A DNA stretch of 64,000 nt. Origin: a virus. The DNA lies in IMG/VR virus record IMGVR_UViG_3300045988_016718. The stretch is one strand, 5' to 3'. The notes below the pieces were generated by a model, which was not told the origin of the DNA, searched no databases, and saw nothing but the letters and a program-made list of their open reading frames with translations. The stretch's first letter is position 1, and every line of letters starts with the position of its first letter. This document shows, in pieces, positions 46,437 to 55,518 of the stretch. The position numbers and the translations under genes were made by a program.

Positions 46437-46884
46437 AACTTTTAATTACTTTAATTGCTTCCAACAACTGCCTTTTACCAAATATTTCAAATATGAGATA
46501 CTTGTCATGGTCAGGAAAGCTTTCAATAAGCTGTCTGAACATCTTGAATTTAACAGGAAAGACGTCATTGACTTGTCCTTTAGCTTCAATAAATACCTTC
46601 ATACCTTCATATTCAAGGTAAAAGTCTGGAGTGTAAGTAATATCACGTAACTTAGTAAGGTCTAGCTTTAGTAGTTCTTTCTTAGACTTTGTATAAAAAG
46701 GTACAGTAGGTTTACCTCCACTCCATAACACATACTTATGTGACTCATATTGTGGTTCAAGTCCATTATCAACTAAGGTCCTATAAACCATAGCCTCAAT
46801 CTTGGACTTGAACTCAATATTAGCATATTGCGTTGGAGTAGCATTTTTAATCCTTCTGTTTTCCACTCTTTTTAGGTCTGGCAA
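46384..46884 (-). CDS. T7 endonuclease I-like Holliday junction resolvase
   Basis: 166 aa. 'ITYTPDFYLEYEGMKVFIEAKGQ' parallels the T7 gp3 'YTPDF...VE.KG' active site. Only non-ATG starts are available (TTG 46884, GTG 46866), so the start is uncertain. Confidence 0.7.
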   Translation of the reverse strand: MPDLKRVENRRIKNATPTQYANIEFKSKIEAMVYRTLVDNGLEPQYESHKYVLWSGGKPTVPFYTKSKKELLKLDLTKLRDITYTPDFYLEYEGMKVFIEAKGQVNDVFPVKFKMFRQLIESFPDHDKYLIFEIFGKRQLLEAIKVIKSYGGSRQNEEVDKQSARE

Positions 46885-47407
46885 ATAATTCTTTCATTGG
46901 AACCTTCAGGATATGCTTAGCTGCCATGGCATCATCCAATGTTCTGAAGGCAGCAAAGTTTCTGAAGTTCTTGATGAGATGTCTCTTGTTTTCAGGTACT
47001 TTACCGATTTCACCTGTTGCTAGACTGATAATCCAGATTTCCTTACTCCTTTCAATATGGTCAGGATACTTCTGGTCAAGCACAATGGCAACTTCTCTCA
47101 ACAGAATTTGGAATACTGCTGTAGGATAAATCTTATACAGGTTATCCAGATACTTCACCAAGTTACTCATCTTCCAGCCAATTCTGTCAGCAAGATGTTC
47201 AACATAGAACTCAATGCTAAGATGAGTACCACCTTCAGTGCTGCCAGCAATAGTTAATGCACCATCTGCAACAGCTTTATCCAACACTTCTTCTGTAGCA
47301 ACAACTAATTCTAGTGTTCTTTTACCAGTTTCAGTGTTGAGGATTTTACAAGCAAGAAGTGCACCTACATGAATCTCATTGCCACGTTTGTCTAAATACT
47401 TTTTCAT
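46847..47407 (-). CDS. Hypothetical protein
   Basis: 186-aa ORF with an ATG start. No motif was recognised. Confidence 0.55.
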   Translation of the reverse strand: MKKYLDKRGNEIHVGALLACKILNTETGKRTLELVVATEEVLDKAVADGALTIAGSTEGGTHLSIEFYVEHLADRIGWKMSNLVKYLDNLYKIYPTAVFQILLREVAIVLDQKYPDHIERSKEIWIISLATGEIGKVPENKRHLIKNFRNFAAFRTLDDAMAAKHILKVPMKELFARPKKSGKQKD

Positions 47408-47424
47408 GTTACTTTATTTATAAA

Positions 47425-48096
47425 TTAATACTCTTGATACCACTTGATAGTGATACCATATTTACTTTTCAATTCCCTGTTAATATCAGTGAACAGTTTA
47501 GGGTTCATTTTAGTCTCTGTTCTTGCATTATATGCAGGATGAGGTACTTTAATCACTGTTCCTGTTTTAATATAAGGCTGAAATGTACCAGCCTGACTTC
47601 CAAATAATACATATATCAGACCGGGATTAGTTTCTGATATGTTCTTCAACAAACTGCTGATAAATGGTCTCCATAACATAGTATGACTACCAACCTTATT
47701 CATCTCTACAGTCAATGCTGAATTAATCATCAATATCCCTTGTCTTGCCCAACTTTCTAAGGTTTGGTCAAAGATAATGCTATTATGTGGAACCTCAAAG
47801 TTAACTGCTGCTTCTTTAACAACTTTTAAAGAAGGAGACAACCCATCCTCTGGTACATCAGCCCTGTTGCCAAATAATATTCCTGTAGCCACATCCCTTT
47901 GTGGATATGGGTCTTGTCCTATAAATACTACTTTCAACTCATTATAAGGACATAAATCAAAGGCTCTGAATACATTTTCAGCTGCTGGACAGACTTTCTT
48001 TGAGCCATAAAGCCTGTTCATTGCATCAATAACTATATTCAGTTCCTTTTGATTTATGACTCTTATCCAATCACCAAAGTATTCCTCTAGGCTCAT
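47425..48096 (-). CDS. Uracil-DNA glycosylase-like protein (divergent family 1)
   Basis: 223 aa. 'VVFIGQDPYPQ' corresponds to GQDPYH, 'GILMINSALTVE' to LLLN..LTV, and 'VPHPAY' to HPSP. The catalytic-motif variants make the activity uncertain. Confidence 0.65.
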   Translation of the reverse strand: MSLEEYFGDWIRVINQKELNIVIDAMNRLYGSKKVCPAAENVFRAFDLCPYNELKVVFIGQDPYPQRDVATGILFGNRADVPEDGLSPSLKVVKEAAVNFEVPHNSIIFDQTLESWARQGILMINSALTVEMNKVGSHTMLWRPFISSLLKNISETNPGLIYVLFGSQAGTFQPYIKTGTVIKVPHPAYNARTETKMNPKLFTDINRELKSKYGITIKWYQEY

Positions 48097-48893
48097 ATCT
48101 TCATATATTCTCTCATAAGTCCAATGTTATCCTTTAGGAAACTATTGACTTCTTCATCATTGAAGTGAGATAAATCAGGCATATCAGGTTTATGAATGAA
48201 CCTATCACTTACATCAGCTACAATAATTTCAGGCATCTTCTTTACAAATTGAGTTCTTGGTCCATCAGGAAAGTTGAACTTATTAATCACTGAAGAAGTC
48301 ATTGCACTAAGAGATGCCCCATGTGTTATTACAGTAGGTATGAGCTTCTTAAGGATATTCTTCTCAACTGGTCCATCACCTGTAAACACTTTAGGACTGA
48401 TATACATAACTGACTTTATGAGTTCAGGATAGTTGTTAGTTAAGTTATACTTGATAGTATTTAATAACAGCAACTCCATTTGACTGTTGAATATGACACC
48501 AGCACCACCATAATATACAAGATCTGCATTAGTTGTTACTTTACATAACTTATAATGAGTAGATGTCTCAAGCATGGCTCTTATCATAGAATCTGATGTT
48601 CTTTTGGTCTGTTCCATGCCAACAAATAGAGGAGTGATATAACATTCAACAATCTCATCTTCATGTCCAGCAGTAATCCTAAGGTCCCTATTACTAACAA
48701 GAATATCTTGAACCTCTCTTCTACAGAATACAGGAACTTCAACTTCATCACCTCTCAGGTCTACCTCAAAGAATCTTTGAAATACATTGTTACCATTGAA
48801 GTTAGTGATATCAGTGTCAATAGGTCTTGTGTATGAAGTATTTCTAGTAAAATCAAGACTTGCTAGTACTGTTCTTTCATATATTCCTGCCAT
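48093..48893 (-). CDS. Hypothetical protein, last gene of the E1/JAB cluster
   Basis: 266-aa ORF. Its ATG overlaps the E1-like stop (TAATG), and its own stop overlaps the UDG ATG (ATGA). No motif was recognised. Confidence 0.55.
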   Translation of the reverse strand: MAGIYERTVLASLDFTRNTSYTRPIDTDITNFNGNNVFQRFFEVDLRGDEVEVPVFCRREVQDILVSNRDLRITAGHEDEIVECYITPLFVGMEQTKRTSDSMIRAMLETSTHYKLCKVTTNADLVYYGGAGVIFNSQMELLLLNTIKYNLTNNYPELIKSVMYISPKVFTGDGPVEKNILKKLIPTVITHGASLSAMTSSVINKFNFPDGPRTQFVKKMPEIIVADVSDRFIHKPDMPDLSHFNDEEVNSFLKDNIGLMREYMKI

Positions 48894-50221
48894 TACATTT
48901 CAACTTTAAAATACATTGTATCAGCTGCAAAGGAAGTGTAGAATGGCACATCTCTTGGCATAATAGGATTACACTCATTGGCTACAAAATTTACAAAGAT
49001 GTTGACCATAAGTGATGCAATCATATTAGCCATGAATGTAGTCTGTTTATAACTACATACAGTAGCATCAGCAGCTGCATCACTAAATAACCACTCTCTT
49101 TGATACTGTTCCATTGCTCTTGTGTCATTACCTTGAATAGCCAAAACCTGTAACTCTTCTGCTGCAAGTCTACCATCAATAAGCAAGCATTTACCTCTTT
49201 CTTCTTCTGGTTTAGACATTACATGAGCACACCATTTACTAAATACAAGTTTCCTTGCAGCCATGTTATCAAATCCACAAATCATGATATCATCAACACC
49301 ACTGGTTTCATCATAAAGCCTATTCATAGCAATAATACTATGATAGTCAGCATAATTAGCCACCATATCAGCAAGAGCATCAACCTTTGGATTGCCAATG
49401 TCACTTCTGCCATATAACTGACCTGACATATTGACAGCTTCAACAACATCATTGTCATAGATAATAAGTCTTGCTGGTTTCATTCTAGCTAACAAGAAGC
49501 CAATATAACTACCAATACCACCAACACCAGCTAAGATAATGTTCTTAGTCTGTAGTTGTTCATACCATATTGCACCACTGAACCTTGTAGTGGTTTCATC
49601 AACTGCCAAAGACCCTGAGTTAAGAGGAATCTCAATATGATTAGCTAATGCAAAGGCTCTACCTTTAGCATCTGCTTCATCAAATCTTGTACTCCAATAG
49701 TTATTAACCCAAAACTCTTTCATGTTGTTACCTGCACCAGCGTTGTTCTCTTTAAGAACAATTCTCCATACACCATTATTAGGTGCACTTGCATCACTTC
49801 TTTCACGACGATGAAGTGCTCTGTTTGCTTTTTGGATTATGTACCAAGTACCTGCTTCAATTCTCTTGATATATGTTTCAAGTTCTGTAGGTCTACCTTG
49901 TGGACTATAGCCACAACATACATAATCATTCTCATAACCTAAAGGTGGTTCTGGTTCTGGTGGAACTGGCAAAGGTTGTTCAGGCACAGCTACAGGTACA
50001 GGCTCAAGTTCAATTTCTCCATTAGCAGTCACTTCTTCCATAGCTGCTTGAAGTTGTTGCATTAACTCTATTGATTCAGGAGTTAATTCCACTTCAATAC
50101 CATTAGGAGCACTAAGACTCTGTGCTATGGAAGACTCTGTGGATACTACTCCTTCAGTAATTTCACGAGTTATTATTCTTCTTAGCTGCTCAACAGCAGC
50201 ATCTCTTATTTCTTCATTCAT
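48893..50221 (-). CDS. ThiF/MoeB/E1-like adenylyltransferase with unassigned ~200-aa N-terminal extension
   Basis: 442 aa. The Rossmann motifs are 'NIILAGVGGIGSYIGFLLA', 'IIYDNDVVEAVNMSGQLYGRSDIGNPKVDAL' and 'CGFDNMAARK', which fit the E1-family pattern. Confidence 0.75.
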   Translation of the reverse strand: MNEEIRDAAVEQLRRIITREITEGVVSTESSIAQSLSAPNGIEVELTPESIELMQQLQAAMEEVTANGEIELEPVPVAVPEQPLPVPPEPEPPLGYENDYVCCGYSPQGRPTELETYIKRIEAGTWYIIQKANRALHRRERSDASAPNNGVWRIVLKENNAGAGNNMKEFWVNNYWSTRFDEADAKGRAFALANHIEIPLNSGSLAVDETTTRFSGAIWYEQLQTKNIILAGVGGIGSYIGFLLARMKPARLIIYDNDVVEAVNMSGQLYGRSDIGNPKVDALADMVANYADYHSIIAMNRLYDETSGVDDIMICGFDNMAARKLVFSKWCAHVMSKPEEERGKCLLIDGRLAAEELQVLAIQGNDTRAMEQYQREWLFSDAAADATVCSYKQTTFMANMIASLMVNIFVNFVANECNPIMPRDVPFYTSFAADTMYFKVEM

Positions 50222-50232
50222 GTTTAAATCTC

Positions 50233-51522
50233 CTATAAAATATAATCATCAAGGAGCTTGATGTATAATTTAAGCCACACATTGGTAGGCAACTCCATAA
50301 GAGCATTTCTTACTTCATAAGCAAGAATAGCTATCATCTCTGTATCATCAAGCACATTAACCAATGTTTCATCTGTTGTATAATTGACAAGGAAATCAAC
50401 ATGATTTGATGCCCAATACTCAAACTCCTTAACAGAATCAAATCTGTCAGAGTAGAACTTATCCATGCTGCCTGCCCACTTGTTGATATCTACCTTATTA
50501 TCAACAGGAAGAATAATACTACCTGTGATAATCTGTTTAACCAGCCAGTCAATGACTTTAGCATCAGCCCTTACAACATTATAAGGGATAGCATAATCAG
50601 AAGCTTCAAATGGAAGCTCCTTTTGAGTTGGAGCAGCAGTTTCTTTAGCTTGTCCTTGAAAGGGATAACTAGATTTATGTTCTTCAAACTCTTTCTTAGG
50701 TTGACCAAACTGACTTGGGGGTACATAAGTTCCACCTGTTGCTGGTTTCCCAGTAGCAGCACCTACTGTTTGAAGTCCGGGGTATCTACTCTGATATGCA
50801 CTGGTTCCATAGCTATTGTAACCACCATAAGTAGCACTGGGTGTATATACTTTCTTAGCTTTCTCTGCATCAATCTCTTTCATGCGAGCAAGCATTTCCT
50901 TCTCAACTTCATCAACAGGAACAGTCTCTTTCTGAATCTCAAGAGGGAACCATTCAAGATACTCTTCTTCAGCTTCAAATTCATCAGTACCTTTGATTTC
51001 TCCTTCTTTCCAAGTAGGGTAAGTAAACTCTTCTTTCACCTGTTGTTTAGCCTTATACCTTCTGGTAACTGCTGCACTATAAGTACCAGCATTGTTTACA
51101 ATCAAAGACACAAAGTGTGCCATATCTTCACCCTCTTGACTTAATGTTCCTGTATCAGTTCCACTAAAGAAAGTAGCCATATTGTTATGACTATGAATAA
51201 GCCCTTGGAACACATCTTCACTAAGCAATTCAGGATGGTCAATCATATAACTTACTATGTCAGGTGACACATTAAATTCAGTATAACCACCAGTTCCTTT
51301 GTCCATCTGAAAGATGTCCACACACTTGATAGTCAAAGGATTGTCTTTATCATTAAAAGCACCTTCAACTTGATAGAACAGTACTCCTGACCATTCTACT
51401 TGGCTAATGTGAGTACACAATAACCTGATTTTCTTTTCTACCTCTACAGGTATGATTATTTTATAGGGTAAATCTGGTTTTCTTTTTATCAATTCCAGAC
51501 TTGGCTTTTTTGCTGTTTCCAT
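50233..51522 (-). CDS. JAB/MPN (JAMM) metallopeptidase domain protein with long C-terminal extension
   Basis: The track start is a GTG at 51528, and I use the ATG at 51522 ('METAKKPS'). 'VEWSGVLFY' supplies the Glu, and 'HSHNNMATFFSGTD' is an exact HxHx7Sx2D motif (nt 51154-51195). The start overlaps the upstream ORF by 62 nt. Confidence 0.8.
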   Translation of the reverse strand: METAKKPSLELIKRKPDLPYKIIIPVEVEKKIRLLCTHISQVEWSGVLFYQVEGAFNDKDNPLTIKCVDIFQMDKGTGGYTEFNVSPDIVSYMIDHPELLSEDVFQGLIHSHNNMATFFSGTDTGTLSQEGEDMAHFVSLIVNNAGTYSAAVTRRYKAKQQVKEEFTYPTWKEGEIKGTDEFEAEEEYLEWFPLEIQKETVPVDEVEKEMLARMKEIDAEKAKKVYTPSATYGGYNSYGTSAYQSRYPGLQTVGAATGKPATGGTYVPPSQFGQPKKEFEEHKSSYPFQGQAKETAAPTQKELPFEASDYAIPYNVVRADAKVIDWLVKQIITGSIILPVDNKVDINKWAGSMDKFYSDRFDSVKEFEYWASNHVDFLVNYTTDETLVNVLDDTEMIAILAYEVRNALMELPTNVWLKLYIKLLDDYIL

Positions 51523-52753
51523 ATTCACAATTTAATAATTCTAATATTGCACAAACATACTCTCTTACTATATCTGTATTGAGTATTGTAGATGTATTTC
51601 TTACACCAGTTGCTAATCCATTGATTACAAGATTAACATCCTTGCCTTTAAAGGTTAATACCTTCCTTCCTACATATTGACTATAGTCCCTACTTGCATT
51701 TGAATTAGGGTCAAATATAGCACCATTAGCTATGATAGCCTGTTTAAGCACACCATCACCTTGAAGGTCATATAAAGCTGGCATATTTGGTGCTTTTCTA
51801 TACTCATCATTATACCAGTCAATGAAAGCATTACTTATGGTCAACACAGTATCAGTGAATGTATGAGCCAATCCATAGGAACCTTTTCTATAGTTGAACT
51901 TAAGTATGTTATTGGTAAACAAATAATCAAGGAACTTACTTGATAATTCCTTTGTGAAATACTCCTTCGAGATATGATTGTTCTGTTCTATAGGAAAGTT
52001 ATCCCTCTTGTTACTACCATTAGCACCAATATTCTCCATTCTTCTATAAGGACCACCAGTAAGCGATTCTGTACCCATATACCTTTCAAGTTCAAGACAG
52101 AATAACTGCCATATAGGTTCATCAAATCCTACTGTAAGACTGCTCATAGTATTATTGATAGGACCACTACCAGTACATACACTTCTGAACTTAAATTCAA
52201 AGTCAATACCACTTACATGAGAGTGCATATAGTCAGACTGCATATGTACAACATCATACTCTGACCTGTTCATTTTGAACCAGCCTTTGCCTTTACCTTC
52301 CCATGTTACAGGAACCTTTGCCCACAGATTATCAACTTCTACAGTTCTATCATATTCATTCCTGATAGTCACATGAGGAAAATGTATTATAATAGGTATA
52401 TCTATGAACCACCTATTCCCTATGAACTCTTTCATATAAGGAACAAATCTATCAAATATTGCCACACTTTCAGTTACAGGATACCTGTGCATCGTATTCC
52501 TAAAATCTGAAATTATATCCTCATTATGATTGCTCCTCATATAAGAGCTGGTTGCAAAGGTGCTTGCACTGCCTCCTACTAAATCATACATAGAATATTC
52601 ATTCAAGACACTAATAAAGTCTTCCAAGCTAATAGGCTGTAAATCAACTCTTTCCTCACCATAGAAGTCATTGAATATCTCTGTAACTGCTCTTGGTAGT
52701 TCAAGCAACTCTCGATAGAGAGTCTCTACTTTCTGTTTTAATTCTTCATTCAT
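51461..52753 (-). CDS. Hypothetical protein of the E1/JAB cluster (weak E2-like active-site resemblance)
   Basis: 430-aa ORF with an ATG start. The stretch 'YMHSHVSGIDFEFKFRSVCTGSGP' (nt 52162-52233) follows several predicted beta strands and loosely recalls the E2 HPN...Cys flap. This is only a hypothesis. Confidence 0.4.
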   Translation of the reverse strand: MNEELKQKVETLYRELLELPRAVTEIFNDFYGEERVDLQPISLEDFISVLNEYSMYDLVGGSASTFATSSYMRSNHNEDIISDFRNTMHRYPVTESVAIFDRFVPYMKEFIGNRWFIDIPIIIHFPHVTIRNEYDRTVEVDNLWAKVPVTWEGKGKGWFKMNRSEYDVVHMQSDYMHSHVSGIDFEFKFRSVCTGSGPINNTMSSLTVGFDEPIWQLFCLELERYMGTESLTGGPYRRMENIGANGSNKRDNFPIEQNNHISKEYFTKELSSKFLDYLFTNNILKFNYRKGSYGLAHTFTDTVLTISNAFIDWYNDEYRKAPNMPALYDLQGDGVLKQAIIANGAIFDPNSNASRDYSQYVGRKVLTFKGKDVNLVINGLATGVRNTSTILNTDIVREYVCAILELLNCEYGNSKKAKSGIDKKKTRFTL

Positions 52754-52770
52754 AACAATTTAGTTACAAG

Positions 52771-52808
52771 AAAAAAAGAAGGAGAAGGCTTATACAGCTT
52801 TCTCCTTC
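52771..52808 (-). terminator. Rho-independent terminator
   Basis: The minus strand reads GAAGGAGAAAGC-tgtataa-GCCTTCTCCTTC, a 12-bp stem with one mismatch, followed by TTTTTTTCTTG. It lies 8 nt after the stop at 52816. Confidence 0.75.
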
Positions 52809-52815
52809 AAATTGT

Positions 52816-53526
52816 TTAACCTAAAACAAAGTCAAACATCTTATTTACTTCCTCTTTGGGCATCTTTTCAGATGCAGTGGCTTCTGTTGCACCGCCATTC
52901 AGAGTACTCATGACTTTATCATAAGTATCTTCCTCAATGGTGTCATTACCATACAAGTCCTCAACAAGGATTTTCAAAGCCTGTTCACAGTTACCTGATG
53001 CAGGTGCTGCTACTACTGCCGGAGCTTCAGGAGCTTCTTCTTTCTTAGTTTCAGCAACTGGCTTCCTTGCAGCTTTCTTTGCTGTAGGAGCAGCTGCCGG
53101 AGCTTCAACTTTTGCTTCTTTTTTACCTTGTGATTCAATCAAGTCAATCAGGTCCTGAGTCTTGCACATAGTGAAGTTCTTGCCAAACTTTGCTACACAA
53201 GCAGCCTGCAAGCCATTAGCCTTGATTGCATCATAGGCTTCACTTCTTGTCATGGCACCTGACTTGATTTTCTTTTCCGGAGCTGTCAACAGGAATGTCA
53301 AATCATTGACAATCTGACCTTTGTAAGGAATATTGGTAGGCAGTGGAGCTGCATCATCTTTCAATTCAGCTCTCATGTGACCTTCAAAGAAAGTCATACC
53401 TTCATAGTTGATGCCAAGTTCCCTCATTTCAGCCTTCAACTCACCAAGGTTAGTTGCACTAGATGCCTGAATGATTGATTGTTTCTGAGTCTTGTTATTG
53501 ATAATTGTTACTTTACGAGTTTCCAT
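52816..53526 (-). CDS. Hypothetical protein: possible N-terminal beta-grasp-like region, HeH/SAP-like segment and A/P/K-rich linker
   Basis: 236-aa ORF with an ATG start, followed by a strong terminator. 'KVTIINNK..QSIIQASSATNLGELKAEMRELGI..MTFFEG..AELKDD..DLTFLLTAPEKKIKSG' has a strand-strand-helix-strand-strand-strand pattern. 'KTQDLIDLIESQG' is HeH-like, and 'APAAAPTAKKAARKPVAETKKEEAPEAPAVVAAPA' is low complexity. Confidence 0.4.
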   Translation of the reverse strand: METRKVTIINNKTQKQSIIQASSATNLGELKAEMRELGINYEGMTFFEGHMRAELKDDAAPLPTNIPYKGQIVNDLTFLLTAPEKKIKSGAMTRSEAYDAIKANGLQAACVAKFGKNFTMCKTQDLIDLIESQGKKEAKVEAPAAAPTAKKAARKPVAETKKEEAPEAPAVVAAPASGNCEQALKILVEDLYGNDTIEEDTYDKVMSTLNGGATEATASEKMPKEEVNKMFDFVLG

Positions 53527-53547
53527 AATGTTTTCTGTTTTAAAATG

Positions 53548-54546
53548 TTACTTAAATAGACCTAAAATTATTTCTTTGAACAACTCTTTGTTCTGGAGCT
53601 GCTTGTAGAGGTCTGCTACATCTTTTGCCCCATTTATATTAGGTAAGATTAAGTTAGTGAATCCAGTAGACTCTGATAGTTTCTCTCCATCTTTGAGACC
53701 AGCTTCATCATTGTCCAGTAGTATATAGACCTCTCTATATCTCCTTCTTAATTCACTAACTGCTGTTTCACTCATGCCATAGCCCTCACCTTGTATAGCT
53801 ATAGCTGGAATGCCTGTATTAGCCCACAGACAAAGGGCATCCTTCATGCTTGCACAGATACAGATTCTTGTACCAAACTCTGGTACTTTAGTCCATAAAC
53901 TTATAACAGACCTATCATGCCTGTTACTCCATTTATATCCCTTAGTGTTGAATGGTTGGTATATCTTAAGTGTAATATTGCCTTCTTTTCTTTCAACATA
54001 GGCATAGGCATATTTGTCTGCCCCAAACACATACTCTTGACCATTCTTTATCACTATCTTATGACTTATAGGATATATATCAGCATAATCTAGCCATTCT
54101 AAGGTTATTCCAAAGGATTCCCAGAACTCTATATCATGCTTAGCCCAAGGTCTGACCTTGCACTTCAAGTCTATTGACTTTGGTTGTTTATGAAGTACCT
54201 TATCTGAATACTCTGTAGTTTTAACATTGAACACTGGATTGGTACTGGAGAAATTAGGTAAGTCCTCCCATACTCTGGTTAATACCTGTATGTAACTCAC
54301 CCCCCAATATAAGCCAAGTAGGTCCCATAGACCCCCTCTATCTCTTGTTGCATAGTCTACAAAGTGAACTCTTTTTCCATCAGATGAATATAAACCAAAA
54401 GAAGGTTTTCTATCTTGCCTTAATGGAGAGTTTATTATCACAGGTAGTTCACTAACACCAAAATAGTGATTGAGTACATCAAATTCACTTACTTTATTGA
54501 GCAATTCTTCCAAGGTTACACTTGGCTTACCAGTACCAAAAGCCAT
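53548..54546 (-). CDS. DnaG-like primase (Toprim domain, degenerate zinc-finger region)
   Basis: 332 aa. 'NSPLRQDRKPSFGLY' resembles the CHC2 finger core 'CPFH.EK.PSF' without the Cys/His residues. The Toprim motifs are 'ICICASMKDAL' and 'ILLDNDEAG'. Confidence 0.7.
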   Translation of the reverse strand: MAFGTGKPSVTLEELLNKVSEFDVLNHYFGVSELPVIINSPLRQDRKPSFGLYSSDGKRVHFVDYATRDRGGLWDLLGLYWGVSYIQVLTRVWEDLPNFSSTNPVFNVKTTEYSDKVLHKQPKSIDLKCKVRPWAKHDIEFWESFGITLEWLDYADIYPISHKIVIKNGQEYVFGADKYAYAYVERKEGNITLKIYQPFNTKGYKWSNRHDRSVISLWTKVPEFGTRICICASMKDALCLWANTGIPAIAIQGEGYGMSETAVSELRRRYREVYILLDNDEAGLKDGEKLSESTGFTNLILPNINGAKDVADLYKQLQNKELFKEIILGLFK

Positions 54547-54565
54547 AATTCAATTAGTTAAAATG

Positions 54566-55495
54566 TTATTTATTCCAAGCAGCCCAAGGTGCATTGGTAG
54601 GAGCTGATTTAGCACCAAGAGGGTCATTTGCAGGTGATGAGAAGTCTGTACTCTCAACGGCATACTCCTTAATAGGTTCAGCAAGGAACTCTACAGTAGG
54701 ATATGCACCGGCATTCTTTCTTGCCTGCAAGTCTTCATCAAGTTTTGAATAATCACTGATGACATTCTTCAAGAACTTCTTTGTGTAAACTGCCTGATAC
54801 TGATTGTTATCATCAGTAGTTCTTACACCAAACATAGCTTTCACCCTGTTGTTTGGTTGTAAGTTGATTACACTCTTAAGTTCACTGATATCACCTCTGA
54901 AATAAGACTCAATCTTGTCAAGTCTTGCTTCTGCATCAGCCAAGTTCTTGATGAACACTGTTTCATCACCTTTCCTGTATGACTTGTTAGGGATATTCAA
55001 GAAAGCCTTGATGAAAGCAGTCAAATCTGATTCACCAATATAGGCAGGTCTCATACCTGATGTGTCATACCACTTCATGTTGTCAGGAATAGCTTCTGAA
55101 CCATTGAGACAACCAATAGGTAAATAGGTGGATTCACCATACTTATTGATTACTTCAACCTTGCTTCCATCCCTGTTGAAGTTCTGATGTTTGTTCAGGA
55201 AGAAAGTGATTTTATCAGTCAGTTCAACACCACATTTCTCTACATCAGTCTTAACAATGAAGTCAATCCTAATCTGTGGTACTTTGATTCTGTTACCATC
55301 AGGTCCCACTTCACTTTCACCTACATAAACAGGAGCATCATCAAGTGTTCTGTTGAACAGTTTCTCATACTCTGCCTTGTTAGGATTAACACCAATCACA
55401 AACACTGGTGCTACACCAATATACAGTTTTCTTACTCTGTCTTTGCTTTCTGAACCAGAAGCAAAAGCCATCATAGCTACACTTTTATTCTTCAT
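54566..55495 (-). CDS. Hypothetical protein (possible ssDNA-binding protein by position only)
   Basis: 309-aa ORF with an ATG start, lying between the primase and the recombination-type ATPase. No motif was recognised. Confidence 0.4.
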   Translation of the reverse strand: MKNKSVAMMAFASGSESKDRVRKLYIGVAPVFVIGVNPNKAEYEKLFNRTLDDAPVYVGESEVGPDGNRIKVPQIRIDFIVKTDVEKCGVELTDKITFFLNKHQNFNRDGSKVEVINKYGESTYLPIGCLNGSEAIPDNMKWYDTSGMRPAYIGESDLTAFIKAFLNIPNKSYRKGDETVFIKNLADAEARLDKIESYFRGDISELKSVINLQPNNRVKAMFGVRTTDDNNQYQAVYTKKFLKNVISDYSKLDEDLQARKNAGAYPTVEFLAEPIKEYAVESTDFSSPANDPLGAKSAPTNAPWAAWNK

Positions 55496-55518
55496 TTCTT
55501 ACTATTGTTTAAATGATT

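Noticed and set aside
54566-55495. Assigning the 309-aa ORF as an SSB.
   Set aside because: The only support is its position near the Sak4-like ATPase and the primase. I could recognise no OB-fold signature and no acidic C-terminal tail.
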